Positions 1 to 9,278 of a stretch of DNA of 64,000 nucleotides are shown here, in pieces. The stretch comes from an uncultured Gemmatimonadaceae bacterium. Its GTDB lineage: Bacteria; Gemmatimonadota; Gemmatimonadetes; Gemmatimonadales; Gemmatimonadaceae. A model generated the notes under the pieces. That model saw nothing but the letters and a program-made list of their open reading frames with translations. It had not been told where the DNA came from and made no database searches. A program made the position numbers and the translations under genes. Numbering within the stretch: position 1 is the first letter of the stretch; every line of letters begins with the position of its first letter. The stretch covers positions 512,001 to 576,000 of the forward strand of contig CAVXGK010000002.1 of NCBI GenBank assembly GCA_963761305.1, given 5' to 3'.

Positions 1-1
1 G

Positions 2-106
2 ATTCCGTTCCTCGCACGCGTGATGCAGAACCCCCGGTTCGTCGCCGGGCAGGTGGACACGAAGTTCCTCGAGCGTGAGACGGAGCTGTTCAAGGAGCCG
101 GCATAG
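2..106 (+). CDS. accC: 3' end of acetyl-CoA carboxylase biotin carboxylase subunit (truncated by window edge)
   Basis: Frame 2 reads IPFLARVMQNPRFVAGQVDTKFLERETELFKEPA*, resembling the biotin carboxylase C-terminus (IPF...F..G..DT.FLE). Confidence 0.7.
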   Translation: MPFLARVMQNPRFVAGQVDTKFLERETELFKEPA

Positions 107-125
107 GTGAGGGTCGACCGATAGC

Positions 126-2465
126 GTGAGCAGTGCGACGCTGAAACGCGAAGTCACCGGGATTGCGCTGCTGCTCCTCGCAGTTTTCCTCGCGGGCGCG
201 TTCGTCGCGCTGGCGCTGGCGCAGTTGCGCACGGGCGTCAGCGTCGAAGCGAACGTCGGACCGGTGGGGGAATTCCTGTCGCAGCCGCTGGTGGCGTTCT
301 TCGGCTGGCCCGCGGCGATTCTCATTCCGCTCGTGCCGGCGGTGCACGCGCTGAGACTGTTCGGACGCCTCGAGTCGAGCACCGATCGGTCGTGGATGAT
401 CTTTTTCGCCGGCCTGGTGCTGCTCGTGCCGGTCGTGCTCGCGCTGTCGATCGCCTCGGCGGAACCGGGATTCGCGAGTGCGGGCATTTGGGGGGAAGCA
501 ATCGCCGCATGGTGGCGCAGCTGGTTCGGCGCATTCGGCGCGTGGGTGCTCGTCGCGCTCGCGGCGTCGGTGCTGACGGCGACCACGCTGGCGTGGAATC
601 CGATCCGAGCGCTCGTCGGTCGAAGGCCTGCGCCGTTGGCGGCTGCCGTCGAAACGCCGGAGACGAAGCCGCGTCGGAAGCGCGACAAGAATGCCCCCGA
701 GCCGACCGACGCCGACCGCGCCCTCGCCCTCGAGCCGTCGTTCGACGAGATGCCGGCGATCGACCCGCTCCGGGCGATCGAGAGCGGCGATCGCGTCGAC
801 GCTGACCCGGCTGACTCGAAGCGTCGCAAGAAGAAATCGAAGGCCGAGGCGGCGGCCGACCACGACGCGGAGATCGCGGCAGCGATCGATGCCACCGCGT
901 ACGTCGAGATCGGCGGCGACGAGCTCCCGTCGCCGGAGCTGCTGACGCCCGGCGTGGCGCGCCGGGCCGACGCGAGCGACGAGATCGACGAGATGGGCCG
1001 CAAGCTCATGAACGCGCTGGCGACGTTCCGCGTCGAGGGCGAGCTCGTGGGACGCACGACCGGACCGGTGGTGACGCAGTACGAGATCGAGCCGGCACCC
1101 GGCGTGAAAGTCCGCCAGATCGCGAATCTGTCGAACGACCTCGCGCTCGCGATGCGCGCGGCGTCGATTCGCATCGTCGCGCCGATTCCAGGGCGCGGCG
1201 CGGTGGGCGTCGAGGTGCCCAACCCGGTTTCGGAGATCGTCGCGCTGCGCGAGCTGATCGAGACGCGGGATTTTCAGAACGCGCGCGCCGCGCTGCCGAT
1301 CGTGCTCGGGAAGGATCTCGAAGGGAAGCCGGTCGTCGCGGATCTGGCGAAGATGCCGCACCTGCTCATCGCCGGCGCGACGGGCTCGGGAAAATCGGTG
1401 TGCGTGAACACGATCATCACAAGCCTCGTCTATCGACACACGCCCAAGACGCTGCGTCTGCTGATGGTCGATCCGAAGATGGTCGAGCTGTCGGTGTACA
1501 ACACGCTGCCGCATCTTCGCCACAAGGTGATCACCGACAACCGCGACGCGGCGTCAGTGCTCAAGTGGGCGGTGCTCGAGATGCAAGAGCGCTACGAGCT
1601 GCTCGCCGCCAACGGATGCCGCAACGTGCAGGAGTTCAACAAGCGGGTGCAGGACGGCGCCCAGCTCAAGCTGCCGAAGAACGCCGCCGTCGCGTTCGAG
1701 GAGCTGACGTACAAGGGCAACGTGCTGCCGTACATCGTCGTCATCGTCGACGAGATGGCGGATCTCATGATGACGGTGCCCGGTGAAGTGGAAACGCCGA
1801 TCGCCATGCTGGCACAGAAGGCGCGCGCGATCGGCATCCATCTCATCCTTGCCACGCAGCGGCCGAGCGTGAACGTCATCACGGGCCTGATCAAAGCCAA
1901 CTTTCCCAGTCGGATCGCCTTTCGAGTCGCCTCACAGATCGACAGCCGCACCATCATCGACGGCGCCGGCGCCGAGATGCTCCTCGGCAACGGCGACATG
2001 CTGTTCATCCCGCCCGGCAAGTCGGAGCCTGCTCGTCTTCAAGGCGCGTTTCTGTCGAGCGAGGACACCGAGCAGCTGATGGGTTGGTATCAAGGCAGGA
2101 AGGACGCGAAGCGCGCGGCGCTCGCCGCTCAGGGACTCGTGCTCGACGAGTCGTTCGACGCCGAGCCGGACATCCTCGAGGCCGTGCGGCAGAAGGAAGC
2201 GATGGAGGCCGGGCAGGTGGAGAGCGACGCCGACGCCGGCGATCGCGACAAGCTGTTCAGAGAGGCCGCGGAGGTCGTCGTCCAGAATCAGCAGGGCTCG
2301 ACGTCGTTGTTGCAGCGGCGTCTCAAGGTCGGCTACGGACGTGCGGCGCGGATCATCGATCAACTCCACGCCGCGGGCGTGCTCGGTCCGCCGGACGGCC
2401 CGAAGCCGCGCGACGTGCTCGTGGGACTCGACGAACTGGATCGGATCTGTGGACCGCGGACGTAG
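126..2465 (+). CDS. ftsK: DNA translocase FtsK/SpoIIIE
   Basis: N-terminal TM helices; PHLLIAGATGSGKS Walker A, VDPKMVELS, VDEMADLMM, ATQRPS, C-terminal gamma domain STSLLQRRLKVGYGRAARIID. Confidence 0.97.
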   Translation: MSSATLKREVTGIALLLLAVFLAGAFVALALAQLRTGVSVEANVGPVGEFLSQPLVAFFGWPAAILIPLVPAVHALRLFGRLESSTDRSWMIFFAGLVLLVPVVLALSIASAEPGFASAGIWGEAIAAWWRSWFGAFGAWVLVALAASVLTATTLAWNPIRALVGRRPAPLAAAVETPETKPRRKRDKNAPEPTDADRALALEPSFDEMPAIDPLRAIESGDRVDADPADSKRRKKKSKAEAAADHDAEIAAAIDATAYVEIGGDELPSPELLTPGVARRADASDEIDEMGRKLMNALATFRVEGELVGRTTGPVVTQYEIEPAPGVKVRQIANLSNDLALAMRAASIRIVAPIPGRGAVGVEVPNPVSEIVALRELIETRDFQNARAALPIVLGKDLEGKPVVADLAKMPHLLIAGATGSGKSVCVNTIITSLVYRHTPKTLRLLMVDPKMVELSVYNTLPHLRHKVITDNRDAASVLKWAVLEMQERYELLAANGCRNVQEFNKRVQDGAQLKLPKNAAVAFEELTYKGNVLPYIVVIVDEMADLMMTVPGEVETPIAMLAQKARAIGIHLILATQRPSVNVITGLIKANFPSRIAFRVASQIDSRTIIDGAGAEMLLGNGDMLFIPPGKSEPARLQGAFLSSEDTEQLMGWYQGRKDAKRAALAAQGLVLDESFDAEPDILEAVRQKEAMEAGQVESDADAGDRDKLFREAAEVVVQNQQGSTSLLQRRLKVGYGRAARIIDQLHAAGVLGPPDGPKPRDVLVGLDELDRICGPRT

Positions 2466-3207
2466 CGCGCTGGTCGCCGTCGTCGCGCTCGCGTGTTTGA
2501 CGCGTGGCGCGCACGCGCAGAATCCCGTCGACACGACGGCGCATCGCGCGCGCATCGATGTGTCGACGCTGCGGCCGAGTCAGTTCGTCTACGTCACGAC
2601 GCTCGAGCGCGACGCGTCGACGGTGCCAATCGGCACGCGCACGGTGACCGTGTCGCAGGCGACGTACGCCGCCGCACCCACTTGGCTGCTCGTCGAACAA
2701 CGCGCGGGCGGTGGGATTCCATCGGAAGACTCGCTCTTCGCCGACGTGGGCGCGCTGCGCCCGGTTCACTGGTCGGCGACGACCGGCCAAGCGCACATCG
2801 CCCTCGAGTTCCGCGGCGACAGCGCGTTCGGCGGCACCAGCTCGCCGGCTGGACGGCGCTCGATCATGTTGCCGGTGCCGCCGGGAACGATGGTCAGCGG
2901 CGCGCTGCTGGAGACGATGCTGCGACTGTTTCCGCTGCAGACGGCGTGGGAGGACTCGATGTCGGTGCTGCAGGTCGGGGTGGGGAGCAACAGCGTACTG
3001 GCGGCGCGCATCGCCGTGATCGGCGAGGACCGCGTCCGCGTGCCGGCGGGGACGTTCGACTGCTGGGTGGTGTCGGTGCACGCCGATCAGACGAAAGGAT
3101 TGTACTGGGTGACGAAGAGCGACCCTATCGTGGTGCGGAGCACGTTGGACGTGCCGATGATGGGCGGTGCCCAACTGGTGAGCGCGCTGGACCGAATCAC
3201 GAAGTAG
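2449..3207 (+). CDS. Secreted hypothetical protein, DUF3108-like
   Basis: GTG at 2449 gives a signal peptide ending AHA-Q; beta-rich; motif EDRVRVPAGTFDCW typical of DUF3108-like proteins; start uncertain. Confidence 0.6.
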   Translation: MDRGRSALVAVVALACLTRGAHAQNPVDTTAHRARIDVSTLRPSQFVYVTTLERDASTVPIGTRTVTVSQATYAAAPTWLLVEQRAGGGIPSEDSLFADVGALRPVHWSATTGQAHIALEFRGDSAFGGTSSPAGRRSIMLPVPPGTMVSGALLETMLRLFPLQTAWEDSMSVLQVGVGSNSVLAARIAVIGEDRVRVPAGTFDCWVVSVHADQTKGLYWVTKSDPIVVRSTLDVPMMGGAQLVSALDRITK

Positions 3208-3322
3208 TGACTCGTCGGGACTGAGATGTGGCGTGAGGAACCCGCCGAAGTGTGAAATGGAATGCTCCCGTCGGCGGTCTTTCGGTGACGGAGCCCCGCC
3301 GCCCTGACCGTAGGTTGGCCCC

Positions 3323-3697
3323 ATGTCAGCGGCCAGGCAGCAATTCGGAGCGCTCGGGGAGCGGATCGCAGAGCGATGGCTCACGCGGCACGGCTGGCGA
3401 GTGATGCAGCGGCGGTTTCGAAGCGGACATCGGGACATCGACCTCGTGGTCGAGCGTGAAGGCACCGTGGCATTCGTCGAGGTAAAAGCGCGGCGCGGCG
3501 CCGAGTTTGGCGATCCGGTGGAGGCGGTGAATTGGAGCAAGCAGCGCGAGCTGATCCGCTCCGCCTCGGTGTGGATCGACCGGCACGGCCGGCCCGATGA
3601 TTCGTACCGCTTCGACGTCGTCGGTGTGCTCGTGGAAGGCGAGCGCGTGCGGGTGCGGCACGTGGCCAACGCGTTCGAGCTTCGCGATTCCGCGTGA
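3323..3697 (+). CDS. YraN family (UPF0102) endonuclease-like protein
   Basis: G..GERIA, DIDLV, FVEVKAR, YRFDVVGV motifs. Confidence 0.93.
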   Translation: MSAARQQFGALGERIAERWLTRHGWRVMQRRFRSGHRDIDLVVEREGTVAFVEVKARRGAEFGDPVEAVNWSKQRELIRSASVWIDRHGRPDDSYRFDVVGVLVEGERVRVRHVANAFELRDSA

Positions 3698-3706
3698 AGT
3701 TGCCAG

Positions 3707-3740
3707 TTGAATTCGCCCAACCGGTTTCGTATTTTGTTCG
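3707..3740 (+). promoter_or_regulatory. recA promoter with overlapping candidate LexA box
   Basis: TTGAAT(3707-3712)-N17-TATTTT(3730-3735); TTTC-N7-GTTC at 3725-3739 spans the -10. Confidence 0.5.
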
Positions 3741-3818
3741 GGTATCGAGCGCCCCCGTGTTTTCCGCTACGATTACGCTGAATGGCCAGAGCGGACGTCT
3801 AACCGAGAGGATGAGAGC

Positions 3819-4862
3819 ATGGCTGTGTCGACCTTGCAGGACGACAAGAAGAAGGCGTTGAATCTGGCCATCGCGCAGATCGAAAAGAGTTGCGGCAAGG
3901 GCTCGATCATGCGCCTGGGGGCGGACCAGAAGGTCCGGGTGGAGTCCATCTCCACCGGGGCGATCAATCTCGACGCGGCGATCGGCGTGGGGGGCATTCC
4001 GCGCGGCCGCATCACCGAGATCTACGGCCCTGAATCGAGCGGCAAGACGACGTTGTGCCTCCACGTCGTCGCCAACGCGCAGCGGAACGGCGGCGTCGCG
4101 GCGTACATCGACGCCGAGCACGCGCTCGACACCGAGTACGCGAGAAAGCTGGGCGTCGACATCGAGGCGCTGCTCATCTCGCAGCCTGACACCGGCGAGC
4201 AGGCACTCGAGATCTGTGAGATCCTCGTGCGATCGGGTGCCGTGGACGTCGTCGTCATCGATTCGGTGGCTGCACTCGTGCCAAAAGCCGAAATCGAAGG
4301 GGACATGGGCGAGTCGCACATGGGCTTGCAAGCGCGGCTCATGAGCCAGGCGCTGCGCAAGCTCACCGGATCGATCGCGCGCTCCAAGACGTCGGTCGTG
4401 TTCATCAACCAGCTGCGCGAAAAGATCGGCGTCATGTTCGGCAATCCCGAAACGACGACGGGCGGCAAGGCGCTCAAGTTCTACGCGTCGGTGCGTCTCG
4501 ACATCCGTCGCATCGGGCCGGTGAAGGACAAGGAAGACGTCGTCGGCTCGCACGTGCGCGTTAAGGTCGTGAAGAACAAAGTCGCCGCGCCGTTCAAGCA
4601 AGCCGAATTCGACATCATGTACGCGGAAGGCATCAGCCACGCGAGCCTCGTGTTGGACATCGCGTCGGAAGCGGGGATCATCGACAAGTCGGGTGCGTGG
4701 TACGCGTACAACGGCCAGAAGATCGGACAGGGGCGCGAGAACGCGAAGCTCTATCTGCGCGACACGCCGGCGCTCATGGCCGAAGTCGAAGAGAAGGTGA
4801 AGACGCTGCTCGGCGTCGGGCCGCGCGAGGTGATCAGCGACATCGAGGTCACCGAGGAGTAG
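3819..4862 (+). CDS. recA: Recombinase RecA
   Basis: [60 protein letters not shown] upstream. Confidence 0.99.
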   Translation: MAVSTLQDDKKKALNLAIAQIEKSCGKGSIMRLGADQKVRVESISTGAINLDAAIGVGGIPRGRITEIYGPESSGKTTLCLHVVANAQRNGGVAAYIDAEHALDTEYARKLGVDIEALLISQPDTGEQALEICEILVRSGAVDVVVIDSVAALVPKAEIEGDMGESHMGLQARLMSQALRKLTGSIARSKTSVVFINQLREKIGVMFGNPETTTGGKALKFYASVRLDIRRIGPVKDKEDVVGSHVRVKVVKNKVAAPFKQAEFDIMYAEGISHASLVLDIASEAGIIDKSGAWYAYNGQKIGQGRENAKLYLRDTPALMAEVEEKVKTLLGVGPREVISDIEVTEE

Positions 4863-4970
4863 GTTGCGCCGCGAGCCGATGCAATCGGCCGGAGAGAAGC
4901 AGGCTGTGACGACGGAACCCGGATGTTTCCGTCGAACCAGGCTGCGACTCTCCGGCTTCTTTCTCCCGCG

Positions 4971-5498
4971 ATGACGAACCCACGCGAGCAAATGACGCCG
5001 AGCGCCGGACGCGCTCGCCGAACGACCTACGATCGCGCGCTCGACATGCTCGAGTCGAGGTCGCGCAGCGTCGTCGAGCTTCGACGCAGGCTCCTTCGAA
5101 AAGGGGAGCCGGAGCACGATGTCGACGCGGCGATCGAACGTTTGTGCGGCGCCGGTCTCCTCGACGACGCGAATTACGCGCGCCAGCTCGCGCGTTCCAA
5201 GGCGCTGAACGCCGGTCAATCGCGCCGCCGAATCGGACAGGAGCTCGCCAAGCGCGGCGTGGAGCGATCCATCGCCGATGCGGCCATCGCGGACGTCTTC
5301 GACGAGGAGGAGGTCGACGAGACTGCGGCGATCGACCGCGCCGCACAAAAGAAAGCGCGATCCCTCGGCGCGCTGGATCCGACGACGCGCCAACGGCGCC
5401 TCTACGCGTTTCTCGCGCGGCGTGGATACGCCAGTGATGCCATCGCGGCGGCCATTCGCCGTGCACTCGACGAGGGGTCCGGCGGCGCCAGTGAGTAG
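4971..5498 (+). CDS. recX: Regulatory protein RecX
   Basis: Follows recA; RSVVELRRRL, GLLDDANYA, IGQELAKRGV, FLARRGY; start could be 4923, 4971 or 4992. Confidence 0.92.
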   Translation: MTNPREQMTPSAGRARRTTYDRALDMLESRSRSVVELRRRLLRKGEPEHDVDAAIERLCGAGLLDDANYARQLARSKALNAGQSRRRIGQELAKRGVERSIADAAIADVFDEEEVDETAAIDRAAQKKARSLGALDPTTRQRRLYAFLARRGYASDAIAAAIRRALDEGSGGASE

Positions 5499-6072
5499 AG
5501 TGGCGACGGCTGGTTTGGCGATCGCGCTTTCGCTCGGGGCCGGCGCGAGAGCGCCTGGGCAAGTTCCGCGGCGAGGTGTGGCGCGTTCGTTCGAGAACGT
5601 GAACGGGCCAGCCGCAGGCGAACGTGACTCGGCGGACTGGAAAGCCTGGGCGTCGATCAGCCTCTTGGGCGCGACGATCCGTGCGCCCGAGTATTCACGT
5701 TCTCGGTTCGGCGCGAGCGGAGGAGCGCTTTCGCTGTGGGCGACCTACCATCGGTTCGCGCTCTCGGTGCACTCGATGGGGATTCCGGTCTATACGGATG
5801 GTTCCTTGGGAGTCGGGGAACAAGCCATTCTTGGTGGAGTTCATTTTCCCGTGGGGAGGAGAAGCGATTTCGTCGTTGCCATTGGCGGCGGTCGCAGCGT
5901 CGGAACGGGATTCCTCGAAGCGGCGAATGGAGAGTCGATGTTCGACGCCGCGGCACAGCTCGACATGAACTACCGTGTCGTCGGCATCGGGCTCGAGGCG
6001 ATTGCCGGAGTTGCCCCGTCGCGTCGGTATTTGGCGACAGGCGTGGCGTTTTCGCTCGGCTGGTTTCGATAG
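5491..6072 (+). CDS. Hypothetical secreted or outer-membrane protein
   Basis: GTG at 5491 overlaps the recX 3' end; signal-peptide-like N-terminus; alternating Gly/aromatic strands; ends VAFSLGWFR. Confidence 0.55.
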   Translation: MSRVATAGLAIALSLGAGARAPGQVPRRGVARSFENVNGPAAGERDSADWKAWASISLLGATIRAPEYSRSRFGASGGALSLWATYHRFALSVHSMGIPVYTDGSLGVGEQAILGGVHFPVGRRSDFVVAIGGGRSVGTGFLEAANGESMFDAAAQLDMNYRVVGIGLEAIAGVAPSRRYLATGVAFSLGWFR

Positions 6073-6189
6073 GCTCTGCTGTGCTGATGATTGCGGCGAC
6101 CCCTCTCGCGAAAGCCGGTGATCGCCTTCGGAGGGTTCTGAAACACCCTGGCGGCTGATCGGCCCGGCTCGGCGTCCTATATTCAGCGT

Positions 6190-8967
6190 ATGCTCGCCGC
6201 CGAGATCCGGTCCCGATTTCTCCAGTACTTCGCGCGCAACGGCCACGCGGTGTTGACGAGCTCGTCGCTCGTCCCCGCCGACGACCCGACGCTGTTGTTC
6301 ACCAACGCGGGCATGGTGCAGTTCAAGCGCGTTTTCCTCGGTGCCGAGGCGCCGCCGGGCGGACAACGTCGCGCGACGACCTCGCAGAAGTGCGTGCGCG
6401 CGGGCGGGAAGCACAACGATCTCGAGCAGGTCGGCCACACGGCCCGGCACAACACGTTCTTCGAGATGCTGGGCAACTTTTCCTTCGGCGACTACTTCAA
6501 GCGCGACGCGATTCGGTTCGCCTGGGAGTTCGTGACCGAGGACTTGGGACTCGATCCCAAGCTGCTGCGTGTCTCCGTGCATCACTCCGACGACGAAGCG
6601 CGCGCGCTGTGGCGCGAGATCGCCGGGTTGCCCGATTCGCGCATCTACGGACTCGGCGACAAGGACAACTTCTGGCAGATGGCCGATACGGGACCATGCG
6701 GCCCGTGCTCGGAGATCTTCGTCGACATGGCCCGCATCGCCAAAGATTGGCGGCTGCCTGAGGGCGCGACCGGCGAATGGACGGAGCTCGATCGCGAGGA
6801 GTTCTCGCTCGAGGCATTCATCGAAGGATCCGACCGCGACCGCTTCATCGAGTTCTGGAATCTCGTGTTCATGCAATTCGACCGGCAACCCGACGGCACG
6901 ATGGTGCCGTTGCCGAAGCCGTCGGTGGACACGGGCGCGGGACTCGAGCGGATCTCGGCGATTACGCAGGGCGTGACGATGATCTACCACACGGACCTCT
7001 TCGCGCCGATGCTTGCCGCGGTCGAACAGGCGGTGGGGATTTCGTATTGGGGACGCGACAGCGACGAGTCGCGCATTGGCGTGCGCACGAGATCAGGCAC
7101 CGTGGTGCAGAACGCGGTGAGCCCGGCGTCGTTCCGCGTGCTGGCCGACCATGCGCGCGCTGTGTCGTTCCTGCTCGCCGACGGCGTCTTTCCCTCGAAC
7201 GAGGGACGCGGCTACGTGCTGCGTCGCATTCTGCGCCGCGCGGTGCGCCATGCGTGGCTGCTCGGCCGCAAGGAGCCGACGCTCGTCCACGTCGCGCAGG
7301 CTGTGATCGATTCGATGGGCGATGCATATCCGGAGCTTCGCCATCGGGCCAAGCACATTCTCGAGACGACCCGCCAGGAAGAGCAGGGCTTCCTGGCGAC
7401 GATCGAGGGCGGTCTCACGCGGTTCGATCAAGTGGCGCCGGTGCAATCGGTGGGCGGCAGCGCCGATCTGCGCGGCACGATCAGCGGCGACGACGCGTTT
7501 CGGTTGTACGACACGTTCGGGTTTCCGATCGATCTCACGGAGTTGATGGCGCGCGAGCGCGGCTACAGCGTCGACATCACCGGATTCGAGGCGTCGCTCG
7601 ATCAGCAGCGTAAACGCTCACAGGACGAACGCAAAGCGAAGCGCGTCGGCGTAGCGCTCGACACGCTGTCGAACCTGACCGAGTTCGAGGCGGCGCCCGG
7701 GCTCGGCCCGTCGGCGACGTTCGTCGGATACGACACGATCGAGATCGAAACGCAGACGACGGCCGTGCGGCACCTCGACGGCTCGCGCGTCGCCGTGCTG
7801 CTGCGTGAATCTCCGTTCTACGCGGAGTCCGGCGGCCAGATCTCCGACCGGGGCGAAATCGTCGGCGAAGGCTGGCGCGTGGACGTCGACGAAGTCCGCA
7901 AGATCGAAGGCCGGCCCGCGGCGATCGGGAGACTGACGGGCCCGTTCCACTTCGGACGCGTCATCGCGCGCGTGCCGAGCGACCGGCGGCGCGACACGGA
8001 GCGAAACCACACCGCGACGCATCTGCTCCACGCTGCGCTTCGTTCGGTGCTCGGCGACGGCGTGCACCAGGCGGGATCGCTCGTCGCGCCCGATCGCCTT
8101 CGCTTCGACTTCACGCACCACGGACCCGTGTCCGCGGAGCGACTCGGTGAAATCGAGAGCATCGTCAATCGCGAGATCGCGCGCAGCATTCCGGTGACGA
8201 CGCGCGAGATGCCGTACGCCGACGCGCGGGCCGCCGGCGCGATGGCATTGTTCGGTGAGAAATACGGCGACGTCGTTCGCGTGGTCCGGGTGGCCGACTT
8301 CTCGATGGAGCTCTGCGGCGGTACGCACGTGCGCAACACAGCCGAGATCAACCTGTTCAAGGTCGTCGCCGAGACGGGCGTGGCTGCGGGCGTGCGCCGC
8401 ATCGAGGCGGTCACGGGACCGGGCGCATACCAGCTGATTCGCAACGAAGAGCGCGCGCTGCACCGCATCGCTGAGTCGCTCAAGGCGCCGGTCGACGGCA
8501 TCGAGAAGCGAGTGGCCGCCCTGCTCGACGAGCGTCGCGCGATGGAGCGCCGGCTCGATGAAGCGATGCGCGGCGGCGGCGATCAGTTGCAGTCGCTGCT
8601 CGGTCACGCGCAAACGATCGAAGGCAACGGATCGAAGTTGGTGACCGGCGTCGTGCGCGCCAGCGACGTGAAGGAGCTGCAAGCGCTCGGCGACGCGGTG
8701 CGCGAGAAGCTCGGCAGCGGCGTGGGTGTTCTGGCGGCGTCCTTCGAGGACGGGAAGAACACGCTGCTCGTCGTGGTCACGGACGATCTTCGCGCGCGCG
8801 GGCTGCGTGCCGACGCGTTGATCAAGGACATCGCCGCGGCGGCCGGTGGTCGCGGCGGCGGCAAGCCGCACATGGCGCAGGCCGGCGTGCCGGATGCGGC
8901 GAGGTTCGGCGAGGCGCTGGCGCGCGCTCCCGCGCTCGTGCGCGACGCGTTGGTCGGCGCCGAGTGA
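6190..8967 (+). CDS. alaS: Alanine--tRNA ligase
   Basis: DPTLLFTNAGMVQFK, FFEMLGNFSFGDYFK, editing domain NHTATHLLH and ELCGGTH, C-terminal GGRGGGKPHMAQAG. Confidence 0.99.
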   Translation: MLAAEIRSRFLQYFARNGHAVLTSSSLVPADDPTLLFTNAGMVQFKRVFLGAEAPPGGQRRATTSQKCVRAGGKHNDLEQVGHTARHNTFFEMLGNFSFGDYFKRDAIRFAWEFVTEDLGLDPKLLRVSVHHSDDEARALWREIAGLPDSRIYGLGDKDNFWQMADTGPCGPCSEIFVDMARIAKDWRLPEGATGEWTELDREEFSLEAFIEGSDRDRFIEFWNLVFMQFDRQPDGTMVPLPKPSVDTGAGLERISAITQGVTMIYHTDLFAPMLAAVEQAVGISYWGRDSDESRIGVRTRSGTVVQNAVSPASFRVLADHARAVSFLLADGVFPSNEGRGYVLRRILRRAVRHAWLLGRKEPTLVHVAQAVIDSMGDAYPELRHRAKHILETTRQEEQGFLATIEGGLTRFDQVAPVQSVGGSADLRGTISGDDAFRLYDTFGFPIDLTELMARERGYSVDITGFEASLDQQRKRSQDERKAKRVGVALDTLSNLTEFEAAPGLGPSATFVGYDTIEIETQTTAVRHLDGSRVAVLLRESPFYAESGGQISDRGEIVGEGWRVDVDEVRKIEGRPAAIGRLTGPFHFGRVIARVPSDRRRDTERNHTATHLLHAALRSVLGDGVHQAGSLVAPDRLRFDFTHHGPVSAERLGEIESIVNREIARSIPVTTREMPYADARAAGAMALFGEKYGDVVRVVRVADFSMELCGGTHVRNTAEINLFKVVAETGVAAGVRRIEAVTGPGAYQLIRNEERALHRIAESLKAPVDGIEKRVAALLDERRAMERRLDEAMRGGGDQLQSLLGHAQTIEGNGSKLVTGVVRASDVKELQALGDAVREKLGSGVGVLAASFEDGKNTLLVVVTDDLRARGLRADALIKDIAAAAGGRGGGKPHMAQAGVPDAARFGEALARAPALVRDALVGAE

Positions 8968-9278
8968 CGGTCGGCGAGTGGTTGCGCGCGCGGGAGCCCG
9001 TGCCACCCACCCGACTCGCCGCGCGCATTGAATCGGCGGTCGAAACCCGTAACGGCGAGCCGGCGTCGCGCGCGGCGGAGCTCTGTCTCGACGCATGCGA
9101 ACGACTGCTCGCCGACGTCGCGTCGCGGCCGTCGCCTGGGCGTGAATCGGCGCTCGATCTTCTCGCCGCGGATGCGCTGGCGACATACGCGTTGGAGGCC
9201 GCGGCGGAATCGCCCGACTCGCTCGAAGGTCGCGCGCGCGAGGCGCTGAGACGTCTGACCGCCCTCGCCGCCGAATGA
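8964..9278 (+). CDS. Small helical hypothetical protein
   Basis: Fills the gap exactly, with GTGA and ATGA overlaps to both neighbours. Confidence 0.7.
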   Translation: MTVGEWLRAREPVPPTRLAARIESAVETRNGEPASRAAELCLDACERLLADVASRPSPGRESALDLLAADALATYALEAAAESPDSLEGRAREALRRLTALAAE

